A stretch of 64,000 nt of DNA. Source: Octopus vulgaris. Lineage: Eukaryota. Each line of letters opens with the position of its first letter. Within the stretch, counting starts at the first letter, position 1. Position numbers and translations under genes: made by a program. The stretch spans positions 11,656,001 to 11,720,000 of the forward strand of contig OX597818.1 of the NCBI GenBank assembly GCA_951406725.2. Reading direction: 5' to 3'. The notes under the pieces are model-generated. The model saw only the letters and a program-made list of their open reading frames with translations, had not been told where the DNA came from and did no database searches. Shown here piece after piece: positions 13,086-26,423 of this stretch.

Positions 13086-14129
13086 CTTTGAAAAAAAAAA
13101 TGAAGAAAAGTGAAGTAAAAAAGCCAGAAAATGCGAAAAGAATTGAAATGACCAACTGAAGTAGTAGGAAGAGTTAATGATTGAGAAAATCATTATCGTT
13201 GTTGGGGTTGTTCACCTCTTCATTTTCTGTGTTGCTTTTGTCTTGTTTGGTGAGCCGGGTAGGGTGTTGTTTGCATGTGGTAATTGTATAATGGTGTGGA
13301 GGGGAAAACATTTCTATCTAAGTAACCAAAGTACAGCAAGACTGATACATGTTCAACCAACTTGTAGTGCCGCGTTCAACTCCTCACAGGGTTGTCAATG
13401 CAACGATTTTATTATTTGTTTTTGATGATTAGTTAGAATAGCAAATGCAGCGCTGCCTCACCTGAATGCTTACAAAAAAATCTAAATTTATACAATTTGT
13501 TCTTCTGACAAATGTATAAGTGTTGAATATATTAATAAGTATAATTATTAATTACTGCATCAATTTAAGGCAAAAATGGCGAATTGGAAAAGTCGCCTAA
13601 AGGAATGCCTCAATATATATTACGATTCTTTACATCCTTAATTTAAATCTCATCGAGGTGAACTTCGCCTTTCATTCCTTCAGAGCCGGTACAACATATA
13701 TCACTCCCGGGCGTAGAGTAGTAGAGCAAGGGGCGTGATATACTTGTGGTATGTTTTCGGGTAACAACGCCTATGACGACACTGGTGCCAAGGATATCGT
13801 ATTTCACAGTTTCCTTTGTAGATAGGGGAGATTTGCATACACGCGCAACAGCTCGTCTTTCACAAAATCTTTGCTCAGGTCTTGGTGCAGAAACCCCACG
13901 GTCACCTACGACCAAAAGGAACAGAGCTAGATATTTTACGCAAGTAACATTTTGTGTGTGCATGAATTAAAACAAATTTTTACGTTGGTTGCACAATGTG
14001 TGTGCACGCACAAGCGTAGATTTTTGAAGGAACTGTGGTATGGGATCATAGAAACCGTCATTATTATTGGTTTTATATCTGTAACAGTGGTGTGGCAGAG
14101 GCGGTAGAACTTTGCAATTTTATTATAGA

Positions 14130-14334
14130 CGTAGGAATGGCTGTGTGGTAAGTAGCTTGCTTACGAACCACATGGTTCCGGGTTCAGTCCCACTACGTGG
14201 CACCTTGGGCAAGTGTCTTCTGCTATAGCCTCGGGCCGACCAAAGCCTTGTGAGTGGATTTGGTAGATGGAAACTGAAAGAAGCCCATTATATATGTATG
14301 TATGTATGTATATATATATATATATATGTATGTA

Positions 14335-14365
<31 letters not shown>

Positions 14366-14580
14366 TGTGTATGTTTGTGTGTCTGTGTTTGTCCCCCCAA
14401 CATCGCTTGACAACCGATGCTGGTGTATTTACGTCCCTATAAATTAGCGGTTCGTCAAAAGAGACCGATAGAATAAGTACTAGGCTTAGAAAGAATAAGT
14501 CCCGGGGTCGATTTGCTCGACTAAAGGCGGTGCTCCAGCATGGCCACAGTCAAATGACTGAAACAAGTAAAAGAGTAAAG
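14130..14580 (+). mobile_element. full-length tRNA-derived SINE with CORE-like segment, internal microsatellite and RTE-like tail
   Basis: A/B-box-like 'tggctgtgtggtaag'/'ggttcagtccc', 'accttgggcaagt', tail 'gctccagcatggccacagtcaaatgactgaaacaagtaaaagagtaaag'; many copies in the window. Confidence 0.9.
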
Positions 14581-14982
14581 GATCTGCTTGATGAAGGTTT
14601 ACTTAGGGCTAAGCATTAGCAAGAAGAAACAATTAAATAAAGGTGGTCGGAAATAGTTCTTTCTTTGAATTATTATAACTCATCATGAATTCTTAAGTGA
14701 TTTGATGAACAAGTTATCACCTAACCAACGAGAGAGCCGCTAAGTGGTTGCCTGATTTTCAGATATAACAACTGAATATTCCCCAATTCACATCCTACAG
14801 TCTTAGAAAATGAAGAGTACATTGTGTAATGCAATCCTAGAAATTGTACATCTGGCTAAAGAAAAAAAAATGCTGGGGAAGGTTATGGAGTTATAGATGG
14901 AACATCTTTGACCATACACAGGTTTGTCGATCAAGTTTGACTTGGGACTAAACAATAAAAATAACAACAGCAGTAGCAACAA

Positions 14983-15024
<42 letters not shown>

Positions 15025-17145
15025 TAGTTGTCGTTGTTGTTTATCCCCAAGCTGGCTCTGATGGAGCATTTCTGTGATCAAAAGTATTCCATCCATGACC
15101 ATCCTATCTTTTTTATAAACCTTGTGAACCCCAGACCGCGTTATTTAATGTCTACTTCCACTCTCCCTTTCTTAGATAGCATGATGTATTTTGAGGATAA
15201 TCTGATTCATATTCCCTTCCTCTTTGGTTTCTCAAGTAGGAACATACACTATTGCTATGATGACTGAATCGTAAAGTAACCATTAACTCTGAAAATTGCC
15301 TTATATTCACTTTGACATACCCGATATAATCTGTATTACTAATACTATTATATAACAAGGCAACAGGCTCAGAATACTTACAAGGCCACACGCACAACAA
15401 CCTAAAATACATGATGTTTTATAACTGTCACCGAGGTGTCAATATATTGAAAAAGTGAGTCATTGACAGAATTAGTTGCATTTGTATCGTGAGAAAATTT
15501 ACTTGAAGCCTAACCTCATCGATTGTGAGTCATTGGAGCGTTTCTAAAAGACAAAAGTATTTTTGCTATTTGACACAAGAAAAATATAAGATCTTGAATG
15601 TTGTTAAGGTTGTAAAGAAGCTTTTGTTATTCGGCTCTAAACTTTATATTAAGTCTTAAATTCCAGCTATTAGCTGATAAAGAGTGTTGCATGGTTGGTA
15701 CAGAGGCTATAGAGTTTCTTTTTAAATGGCTATCAGAGATGGAAGGATAAAACTCTTGACTGCTTTCAGGATGTCCGAGGGGAGAGAGAGAGGGGGAAGA
15801 AAGAAAGAGAGAAGAGAGAGAATATTATCCTCGAACCGAAGGTCCGGCTCAATGCTTGCAACAAAATGAATTTAACTTAAAGGTACCCAAGAATTAGATA
15901 GTGAGGTTAAACCGGGAAGTAGTTTATATCTGTCACTCACCGACTAGATTTTTTACGTATCTAGTTCGGTGATTCATAGCTTTAGAAACCGAAGAGAACG
16001 GTGATTCATAGCTTTACAAACCAAAGAGAAAAAGGGTGCGCTTCGTGAAAGTTTGACCTGTTAGAAATAATATATATATCCAGAGTGATACACTGATGAT
16101 GGACTCTCGAGTCGATTTTGACGTATGAGTCAAAGACGATCAATAGAGCGACTTATTCATTGAATTAGCGTGTTAAGTGGCTGAGTATTCCATAGGCACG
16201 TGTACATTTAACGTTGTTCTGAATTAGAATCAGAATGACAGCGTGTGGCAAAGCTGGATCTTTACGTTGTCTATCCAACGGGATTTTAACCAGTTTGTGT
16301 TAATCAAGATTTACTCACAAGGCTTGGGTTGGCTCGTGGCTATGACAAAGACACGTGTCCAAGATGTAACACAGTGGGATCGAGCCCATGATCTCATGGT
16401 TACGATGTGAAATGCTTTACCACACAACCGTGCCTACGTCCGTCGAAGGCAATGTTGTCCCAGATACTTTATTCATCAGATAAAACGGATATAATTTTGG
16501 CTGGAATGCCGTAGGTCTGCCTAATTAGGGTTAACTTGGGATTAAACCACAACGACAACAGCAGCAATGGCTGTCCGTGATTTTAGCATCAAATTCTCTT
16601 GTATCTTTATATCTCTTATATTTAGCAGTTCAAAAAATAGAGTTCGATTATTTATTAAGTACCGCACTTAAATACAGTGAGGTCTATGTGATCGACTAAA
16701 GCACTTAAAGGTAGTGACCCACTATGTTCACATTTCAATGACTGAAACCTATAAAACAGTCAAATTTTACTTTGCAACTGTTGTGAGCGATATGTCAAAA
16801 TCAATCCATTATGTTTCTACTATTTCATACAAAGGACCTTGTATTTATTTTTAACATTGTCATATCACTGAAGACTAATTCTTGTGGCAAATTTCTGATA
16901 CTGATAATTAACTCAGAACTTTCGTGCATTCCTTTTATTGCAGTAAGAATGACCTAATATAAACGTATTTGAGAAGACTTGAATATTTTATTTCTTTCAG
17001 TCTTTTAATAATACATGTATAGTTAGAAGTTCGTTTCATAATCATTTGGTCCTTGATTCGATTCTGTTGTGTGTTATCTCGTGTAAGCGGGGTTGACAGA
17101 AACAGCGCAAGCCTCGTCGTATTGTGCGTACGTACATACATAAGA

Positions 17146-17400
17146 ATGTATGTATGTATGTATGTATGTATGTATGTATGTATGTATGTATGTATGTATG
17201 TATGTATGTATGTATGTATGTATGTATGTATGCAGGTAGGTAAGAAGGAAGGTAAGTATGTACAAATGTATGTAGGAAGGAAGGCTGGAAGGTAGGTAGA
17301 TAAGTAAATAGGTAGGTAGGTAGGTAGGTAGGTAGGTAGGTAGGTAGGTAGGTAGGTAGGTAGGTAGGTAGGTGGCAGGTAGTTAGGTTTGTAGGTGTGG
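17146..17400. repeat. (TATG)n/(TAGG)n microsatellite
   Basis: Visible tetranucleotide tracts. Confidence 0.95.
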
Positions 17401-18019
17401 GCGTCCGTGTGTCTGGTATGCATGTATGTATATGAGTGTGCGTGTGTAGAACGTGCCGAGAAAGCGGTGATCCACAAAGTCCTTCGTATAGAGTTACATA
17501 CATATCCTTGTTATTATTGCCACCAGAGATGCAGTGAACCAGTGAATGGCTTGTTGGTAGCTCGTAACCAACGAAGCTGTTGTTTACAAAATTCCAATAT
17601 AAGATTGAACTACTTAAATCTGTGGGAAATGTCTACTATATAAATCAAAAAGAATGGTTTAGTGTGTAGCTAAAACGTCACAACTTCAAAGTAGAAAAGC
17701 TATAATCGGTATTTAATTCATTCTAAAAGCCTTCACAATCTTACTAATTATGTATTGCGCCTCATAGTATTTTCAGAGTATACTTTGTCGAGGGGATGGA
17801 ACAGCAGGTAACCAGACTAGAGACAGTAGCGGATTGTATCCTTTCACCGAAACTTGCTTTAAGTCTGCGGTTATGATAATAAGCTATAAATTAGCTCAGC
17901 CAACTTAGCTGTAAATAGGTACCACAGATTAAAAACAGTGCGCCAGTGTAGACATTGGTAATATTACGAAACTGATAAGTAGTTAACTTGCAGTAGTGCT
18001 GCTCAGCTTTACCTTTGTG

Positions 18020-18241
18020 TACGAGGGGATACTAAAAAAGTTCCTGGCTTTAAGGGCAACACGAAAGCCCTGGCTGGATGCCCAACCGTCTGAGTTCTTT
18101 TACAGGGCTTAGAAAAACTGGAGGGCCACTGCAATAAGTGTGCGAATCTGAGAGGGGAATATGTTGAGTAAAATCATAATTAACTGATCCTCCTGTATTT
18201 TCTTTTACCCAAAGCCAGGTACTTTACAGCTCCCACTCGTA
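18020..18241 (+). mobile_element. mariner-derived MITE (internal deletion derivative)
   Basis: TA|CGAGGGG...AAGTTCCTGGCTTT and AAAGCCAGGTACTT...CTCG|TA TIRs; internal transposase C-terminus ..HCNKCANLRGEYVE*. Confidence 0.85.
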
Positions 18242-18718
18242 TAGCTTACAGTGAAATATACTTCTTCAGATCAATTCTCCCAAAGTACATTAGAGATAGG
18301 CAAAAACTTCAGAGAAAACCCGTTCTCTTTGATTCCAAGTCCACACTGCAAATACAAGGGGATTTCTACCATCGAAATTTCCTTTCTCGATATCAATTAC
18401 TCCAATATCGAGTGCACACAGTCGACTAGTGAATGAACTTTTCAGGTTATTCCGATCGACGAAACCAAAGAATCTGACATTGTTCCTACAATTATATTCA
18501 ACGCTCCGCAGTTAGTACCCTATTACTCCGAATTCTTTAATCCTCTTCTATTTGCAAAGATCTAGCCCGATCGATAAGATGTAACAATGTACTCAATGCC
18601 TAAAAGTGCTAACTCTTTGACTTTACGAACTTCGCTTTTTAGGCGATAGATGACCATTGTCACCCCGCATCCATTGCGATCTTTACAGGAAGTAAAGGTA
18701 GAACTGGGAGGCCTTTTA

Positions 18719-19512
18719 TCATGGTTGATCTGGAGTTAGTCAACAATAACAATTATATATTCCATAATCTCTAAATAGAAATAAAGTTTAAGATAATCCG
18801 TAAAAATGAAGAAGATCTGGTCCCGTTCTTCCCCCACCCCCATTGGTAACACATTCCCGTCTTCTGAAGCGCCGCGTTCAGAGGAATCGGAGCAATGACG
18901 AAGTACAAAGGAGAAAACAAGTTACCTCGAAAGATGACGCGCTTAATATCTAAACTGTCAAGATCTCGACCGTTGGAAAATAGTGTTGTGCTGTTTTCTT
19001 TATGCCATCACTCATTAGATTTTGTACATTCTCAGCAACAAAACACGTTCAGAGACTCTAATATCGATGGCATTTATGTAGGCCCACTGTTCTGTCAGCA
19101 GCTAGGTGATTTTTTGTGCTTTATGACCATTTTTCTGTAGCCTTTCTATTGGATGGGCAGTAAGTCATTCGTTGTCCCGATGTGTGCACAATGTTCAACA
19201 ACTATTCTGTTAGAACTTTCCATATCCAGTTAAGGCATGTAATAGAACCAACCATACGACTTTGAATATGTTATTAACGACCACAGGACCCTTGAATATG
19301 TCTTTCATGATAGGGTCGTTCACCCGTAAATCATTCAGTTTAGTATCACATCATAAAATTTGCATTGGTTCAGGAATGTATTACCAATAGAAAAAAAAAA
19401 ACGGGACCGGATCTTCATCATCTTTACGGATTATCTTAAACTTTATCTATTTCTATTTAGAGATTATGGAAGATATAATTGCTATTGTTAACTAACTCCA
19501 GGTCAACCATGA
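18719..19512. repeat. ~110 bp inverted repeats (18719-18827 / 19400-19512) around a ~570 bp spacer
   Basis: 'tcatggttgatctggagttag...aagatctggtcccgtt' versus 'aacgggaccggatctt...ctaactccaggtcaaccatga'. Confidence 0.85.
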
Positions 19513-19559
19513 AAACAAAACGGAAACCAGCCTCTCTTGTATACCCTTTAATCTTTTCA

Positions 19560-20620
19560 TCCAGAAGCTTTAGATTCCACCCGGCGCTGGTACTTGCCAG
19601 TTCGATAGACCCTTATCCTGAATTTTCTCATCCTCAGGTGTCATTCTAACTGGATGCTCTTCGTTCATAGCTTTGATTACTAGTTCCTCTTTCACCACGC
19701 CAACCATTTTGCATCGTTATTATATGCCACTAACTGAGACAATATGTTTGGCCAACAGTGCATTGCTTTTTCCAGATCAGAAAGTATATATTACGTCTGG
19801 TCTCACTGCCTGAATACCGATGAAAATGCCATCACCGTTCGAAAATCCTTGTTTCAGACTGTATTTCTTTTCAAGCATTCTTTGCTCATATTCCTTAGCA
19901 TTCTTCAAACATCTCTTATACCTTATACTTTCTCAGAGTTACTATGAGTCGTTCAATTCGCCACTTCCACCAAGGCTCCTGGTACTTTCTTTGTTCTTCT
20001 ATATTGTACCTATACTTTCTTCAATCACAACTGCCTAAAGCATATCCCGAAATTCTGTAATATCGTCCGTCTCTACAACAGCAGGATCCTACCTACATTT
20101 ATAACTTCACTACGATTTTCCTTCAAGAAAAACCGTGGGATGACAGAACTTTGTTGAATACCACATACTATCAAGTCTGTATGTCGAGTATTTCTTGTTC
20201 TTCGTCCCCTAGATCAGAACGAAACTGTACCTAGGGTATTAGATCTTTATAGGCATACTCCACTGTATTCGTACCACTGCCCTGGTTTCCACTATGTTCA
20301 CCTATACAACCCACTACATCATCCTTTTTGTGTTCAGGTTCATCAACAATAATTTCATTGTTACTTTCTTCAAAAGACTCATAAAAAATAAAGCAGTCTT
20401 TTCTCAACACTGTCCTTTATTTCTTCAATTTCTACAACTGTAAACCTGTTCTTTTTTGTATTACATGGATTTGACACAAGTTGTATCGCACTGATCGCAC
20501 TAATTCCTTTTTCATTCTAAATTTGGTGCACTTTTTTTTCCGATGCCAAAGAACCACTCAAGATCAACCTCGACCAGCGCTTTTGACCTTCAACATTTTC
20601 ATTCCTGCCCTCCATGTTCT
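19560..20620 (-). mobile_element. highly decayed RTE-like LINE
   Basis: Minus-strand traces of Q.GF..G...IF..RQ and F.DLEKA RT motifs at ~19760-19860; boundaries approximate. Confidence 0.4.
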
Positions 20621-21399
20621 TTCTGCGATATCGAGCTGGGCTTTTTATGTGTGTTCTTAGGACCAGTTACTGGATGACAGTTGCGAATATTGAACGCAGA
20701 ACGCCGAGAGCCAGACCAAATACTGCAATGCATTCTATCCAAGATCTAACGAGTCTACTAATAACATAATTATTTTTAAAACAGCTTACTTTTTTTATAA
20801 TTTCTTCAAGCTGACATCAACGATAGCAATGTAAACATATGTAACCATGACATATAGTAATCTTAAATTCCCGTTTGTTTTTAACTACGAGTTCTCGACA
20901 ACTGAAGTATTTTTTGTGCAGCATTAAGATTACAGCTTTAATAACATTGGCTTTTTGTTCGCGTCAGAATAAGAAAGGAGTGTAAACAATTGTGATAGAT
21001 TTATTTTTCTGTCACATTGTGCAAGGTAGGGGCGGTTGAAAGTAAGTTGACAGTTCTCACTTCTGACATGCACTGATCTCTTTGTAGTGAAGCAATCTTC
21101 CTCTTTTTCTCAGTATAGTTACATGCATACATGCATGATACACACACACACATGTGCGTTTATGCGTAGAAACGAACGAAAAGAGCACAGAATACATGAT
21201 GTAGAGTTTATATTTATTGGATGAGAATTTGTTGATTCACCCCATTGTTACTCGGTGTTTCAAACATGTTAAGAATACTTGTGTTTATCTGATACTATTA
21301 AGGGAATAGTGGTGAATGATGGTATATAAGCCGAGTAGTAGCAAGGTCGATTCTTGTTGGTCAAGATGATTGACATGGCCTAAAATGTTGCAGGCCGTA

Positions 21400-22130
21400 T
21401 ATGTCTAGTCTGTTGTGATGCGAGGTAAATTACATAGTTCAAGTCATTCGTCGCCTACGCAGCTTCTGCATTGCATATCGAATAAAATGGCTATGAGTTG
21501 TCGCTAGCATGGAATTTCAGGTTCCTGGAGTCTTTAAAAGAGAAACAATCTCCTACGACGATAGTTAGACTATAATTTTGGCCTCTGGACGAGGAACATC
21601 ATTGGTTAGTTGAATACCTGAAGACCTCTTCAGTTTTGTAAATCATAGAAGTATGGAGTAGCTTTATCAGCGATATTTCATGTTGTTGAACAGTATTCAA
21701 ATTCCCGGTCTTTCAGTTTACAGATGAATTTAGATATGATTGCGTAGTTTTCCCTGTTCGTTGTCCAACATGAAGAAGATACTTATTGTAAGGAACCTTG
21801 AAATTGCTTTCATGATACCCATGCAATTCCTTTCAATGTTGTTTAGAAATATTATGCATGCTCGATGTATAACTCCTTAGTAAATGTAGAAACTCCTGAG
21901 TGGACCAAATAAAGGTAGGAGATTTATGGACGCAAATTTTCAATTTTGGTTTACGATCAGGTAAGCGTTGTTGTGCAGAGTCAGTCCTGCGCTCTCGTCC
22001 TGCAAAACTTGTATTGGTCTGGTGCAACTAGTGTCATGAGCCCAGTATCTATCAGGATGCAAAATTTGTATGGAATTGCATTCTCTTAGATGAGTAGCAA
22101 AAAATCTGAAGGATTGGGTCTTTAAGGATG
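21400..22130 (-). mobile_element. highly decayed LINE RT/3' region (RTE-like)
   Basis: Weak traces of RT motifs; no continuous frame. Confidence 0.3.
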
Positions 22131-22308
22131 TCTGTGAGTGACCTACTTCCGAATGTAATTCTACGACATACTAATTAACCTATAGCTGGTACACCAACAG
22201 GAGCAATTACTCTGAGTCAGACTAAACCTGGGAACAATAACAGCTAAGAGGTGGTTCCATACTCATCAATATATATATATATAAAGAAAAAACACAAATT
22301 GGTTATGG

Positions 22309-22396
22309 TTCACTACAGCTGTCTCGGACGCGTGTTTTATTGATGAATAAACCGATTACGTCGCGATAAGAAATAAAGGCGACTTCTTCAGGTAAA
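22309..22396 (-). ncRNA. type I hammerhead ribozyme motif (GAAA>GAGA, probably inactive)
   Basis: Minus strand: tttac-CTGAAGA-agtcgc...gcgtcc-GAGA-cagctg-TA-gtgaa. Confidence 0.65.
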
Positions 22397-22537
22397 TTAG
22401 AAATTGAAAATTAAAAATTTGGTTCGGAAAAAATATCGAGATGTGGAATTTGTGTGTGACCCTCTTATTTTGCCAAAAGGATCGACACAAATTCCACATC
22501 TTGGTATATTTTTTCTGAACTAAATTTTTAATTTTTA

Positions 22538-22622
22538 ATTCACCTGAAGGAGACTTTTGATTTTCATGATGTACTCAGTTTATTAAACAATAAAACACAC
22601 GTTTGAAACAGCTGTAGTGAAT
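22538..22622 (+). ncRNA. type I hammerhead ribozyme motif (A9>G)
   Basis: attcac-CTGAAGG-agac...gttt-GAAA-cagctg-TA-gtgaat; stem I 6 bp, palindromic stem III ACAGCTGT. Confidence 0.7.
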
Positions 22623-22863
22623 CTTAAACTGTTCTTTCTTTATGTAGACACTTCACCTGAAACCTTCCTTCCGTCGGATTTGGAACTCACAGTAGATAAT
22701 GAAACTGCATTCAGGCGTGGATGGGTATATAATTTCATATACTTGTATATTCATATGTATGTGTATTGTGATGTATTCATGTACACATATATGGAAGTGT
22801 TTGGACATATCCGAGTATGCATGGATATATGTGGGAGTATATGTGCGGGAGTGTCTATACAGT

Positions 22864-23175
22864 ACGAAGGGGTACCCAAAAGAAACTGGAATTTTGCAAT
22901 GTTATTTTATGCACTTAGTTTTTACATGTTTATACTTTTACTGCCTTCAAAGTATTCTCCATTTGAAAAAGGTCCGGATCAACTTCCAACTATTCTTTCA
23001 GTTCACGATACGCATTCAGCAGTCTTGACTGTTTTTGATCTTCCGTGAGCGAGCGGCGGCAACTCTTTTTCATTTGCAATTCCTCACTCAAAATTTTTTG
23101 GCAGGAGCTCTAGAACACACCAGTCATATCAAGTTCGTCAATTGTTCGGCGACGGTCCTCCAAGATCACTTCATG
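22864..23175 (-). mobile_element. mariner relic (TIR plus transposase fragments)
   Basis: TACGAAGGGGTACCCAAAAGAAAC terminus at 22864; minus-strand EVILEDRRRTIDEL HTH fragment. Confidence 0.65.
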
Positions 23176-23346
23176 AATAGACAGATAGATAGACACATAC
23201 ATACATACATACATACATACATACATACATACATACATACATACATACATACATACATGCATACATACATACATGCACAGATACACACATATATGTGTGT
23301 ATGTATGTAAGTATGTATGTATGTATGTATGCATGTGTCTATCTAC

Positions 23347-23386
<40 letters not shown>

Positions 23387-23644
23387 ATATATATATATAT
23401 ATCTCTCTAGAACACACCAGTCATATCAAGTTCGTCAATTGTTCGGCGACGGTCCTCCAAGATCACTTCATGAATAGACAGATAGATAGACACATACATA
23501 CATACATACATACATACATACATACATACATACATACATACATACATACATACATGCATACATATATACATGCACAGATACACACATATATGTGTGTATG
23601 TATGTAATGTATGTATGTATGTATGTATGCATGTGTCTATCTAC

Positions 23645-23688
<44 letters not shown>

Positions 23689-23700
23689 ATATATATATAT
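23108..23700. repeat. ~297 bp tandem duplication (mariner fragment plus microsatellites)
   Basis: 'ctctagaacacaccagtcatatcaag...gatcacttcatgaatagacag' identical at 23108 and 23405. Confidence 0.9.
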
Positions 23701-23704
23701 ATAT

Positions 23705-23766
<62 letters not shown>

Positions 23767-24573
23767 GGATAGATAGATACATACATGCATACATACATTC
23801 ATATACGAATACATACATACATACATACATACATACATACATACATACATACATACATACATACACACACATACATGCTATACACATTCATACATACATG
23901 CAGGATGATATGTTTGATTATCTCTTATTATTAAAACAAAATTCTGATACTGACTATGTTGTTAGGTACATTAAGGCGGCGATCTGGCAAAATCGTTAGC
24001 ACGCCAAGCAAAATGCTTAGTTAAATTCTGCCGAGGTCGACTTTGCCTTTCATTGTTTCAAAGTTGATTAAAATACGGTTCATTTTACTACACAGCAACA
24101 AAATTGTAAAAAACAACAAAAACATTATTCAATTCTGTACGTCATTCTGCAGTATACATACATATAGATATATAAACAACTTCATTTGTAAATACACCTA
24201 AGATATATAATATATCGCATTCAAACTAACAGAATTTGACGGCCTCTTATCAAAACTAGGAGAACATAGCTTTTATTGTTGCTGGGTTAAATAACAACAA
24301 TCCTTCGTAACAACTTTTCTATAACTATTGTGTGTTTTATGGGTTTGTACTCTAGCAGCCTTTGAGAGCTGCAGATTAGCCATGGATTAAAGAATGATAG
24401 GATTGTTGCTAGATTATGAAAGACTACGATAGCTTTGGATAAGACAGAATAGTTTAATATTTCACATTTAACAAAGACCCACCACCACCAACCGTGATAG
24501 ACGAGATAAGTATGCATACATACTCATACTTATCTACATACATATGTTCACACACAAAGATTATATATGAATG

Positions 24574-24628
<55 letters not shown>

Positions 24629-25164
24629 CTTTCAATTCCACATTGCTCTTTCTTCCCCCCACCCAAAACAACCTCCCACACTGTGCCTTAAAATAGAAAA
24701 TAGCCTTTTGCGATAAAATGTTGAAACAGGTTTGTCCATCTCAAATTCTTTGTAAACTCCTAAATATATCTCCTTCTGTGTATATATATACCACCAAAAT
24801 ATGACTTTTTGAACTTATAATTTTCTGTGTATATATATAGATACTTCCAACCAAACATGAATTTTAATGAAATCCTAATATTTTTTATGAACTTTTTAAT
24901 ATTTTCTCAATTTTTTCCTGTAAACTGTTTTTAACATTTTCTTATTATTATTATCAAAGAATGTATATATATATATATATTGTAATATTTTGTGACAACC
25001 AGTACTTAAGACAACAAAGCTTTTACATGTTACGTTTAACAATCTTTTTCTAAAAAAGTGAAACCGGTCAAGTGAATAAACATCTTTTAAAATTGCATTT
25101 TCAAACCTTCTTTCATATATATTTCCACTCGTGCGGTACCTTACAACTTCACTTTGTTTTATAT

Positions 25165-25217
<53 letters not shown>

Positions 25218-25219
<2 letters not shown>

Positions 25220-25376
25220 CTGTATTTTAACGTGTATACGGAACCTAGTATATAAGGAGCCCCATAATTTTGGGGGCTTAAAATTTGGAAAAAAGGTTTT
25301 GTAAGTGATTATAATTCTATCCATGTATAAGGAACTCCCACATTTTTTTAACAGAATTTTTGACAAAAACACGGTA
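25218..25376. mobile_element. pogo/Tigger-like MITE
   Basis: TACTGTATTTT...AAAAACACGGTA termini in a TA context; internal 'gtataagga' subrepeats. Confidence 0.6.
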
Positions 25377-25379
25377 TAT

Positions 25380-26085
25380 ATTCTTTTATTTATTTCAGTC
25401 ATTAGACTGTGGACATACTGGAGCAGCGTCTTGAAGAATTTTACGTAGAACAAATCGACCTCAATACTTGTTTTTTAAAAGTTTGGTATTAGATCGGCCT
25501 CTTTTGACGAACCGCTAAGTTACAAGGGCGTATCAAGCCAAAATGGATTGTCATGCAGTGGTGGGAGACGAACACAGATACAAACACACACACACGCACA
25601 CATACACACACACATACGACGGGCTTCTTTCAGGTTCCGTCAACCAAATCCACTCACAAAGCTTTGGTCAGTCCGAGGGCATAGTTGAAGACATTTACCC
25701 AAGGTGCCACATAGTGGGACTGAACCTAGAATCATGTGGTTAGGAAGCGAGCTTCTTACCATACAGCTACCCTTGCACCAATATTATATTATATTATACT
25801 ATATTTCATTCTTTTACTTGTTTCAGTCAATAGACTGTGGCTATGCTCGGACACCGTTTTGTAGGTTTTAGTCGAACAAATGGATCCCAGTACTTATTTC
25901 TGAGCTTACCATTTATTCTATCTGTCTCTTTTTACTAAACTGCTGAGTTACGGGGACATAAACAAACGATACCGGTTGATAAGCCATGGTAGCGGGTAAA
26001 CACGAATACGCGTATACCGCCAGCGTGCAACACACACATGAACCCGGAACTGAATGGTTGGGAAACAAATTGCTATCACACAGCC
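25380..26085 (-). mobile_element. two adjacent SINE copies (family of 14130-14580)
   Basis: Tails at 25380 and 25805 ('tttcagtca.tagactgtgg'); heads near 25770 and 26080. Confidence 0.8.
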
Positions 26086-26141
26086 TTGCTTATGTATTAT
26101 GTTTATACATATATTATATGCATATATATTTATATACACAC

Positions 26142-26180
<39 letters not shown>

Positions 26181-26423
26181 TGGGGTGGGGTGGGGTATGT
26201 ATTTATGAACTTTGAAGTCACTGATAACCTTTTCCATGCAAAAGTTAATAAATATCTATATCTAGAAGAATTGGGTAATCCTTCAGTTTAATGTTAAAGT
26301 GTCTTTGTATATAACTTGACATAAACACAAACATTAATGTGTGTGTGTGTGTATGAGTGTGTGTATGTATGTATACATTTACATACATACATGCATACAT
26401 ACATACGTATATATATATATATA

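Larger units (their letters stand above)
22281..22643. mobile_element. palindromic unit of two inverted PLE-like 3' termini
   Basis: ~180 bp arms ('ttcactacagctgt' / 'acagctgtagtgaa', 'agatgtggaatttgtgt' / 'acacaaattccacatct') with a short central loop near 22470; one HHR motif in each arm. Confidence 0.75.

Noticed and set aside
16090-16116. CTGATGA followed by a gactc/gagtc stem
   Set aside because: Stops before GAAA and stem III; at most a fragment
16863-16900. tatca-CTGAAGA...CAAA-tttc-tgata hammerhead-like string
   Set aside because: Catalytic G12 is absent, stem II is weak and there is no PLE context; could be chance
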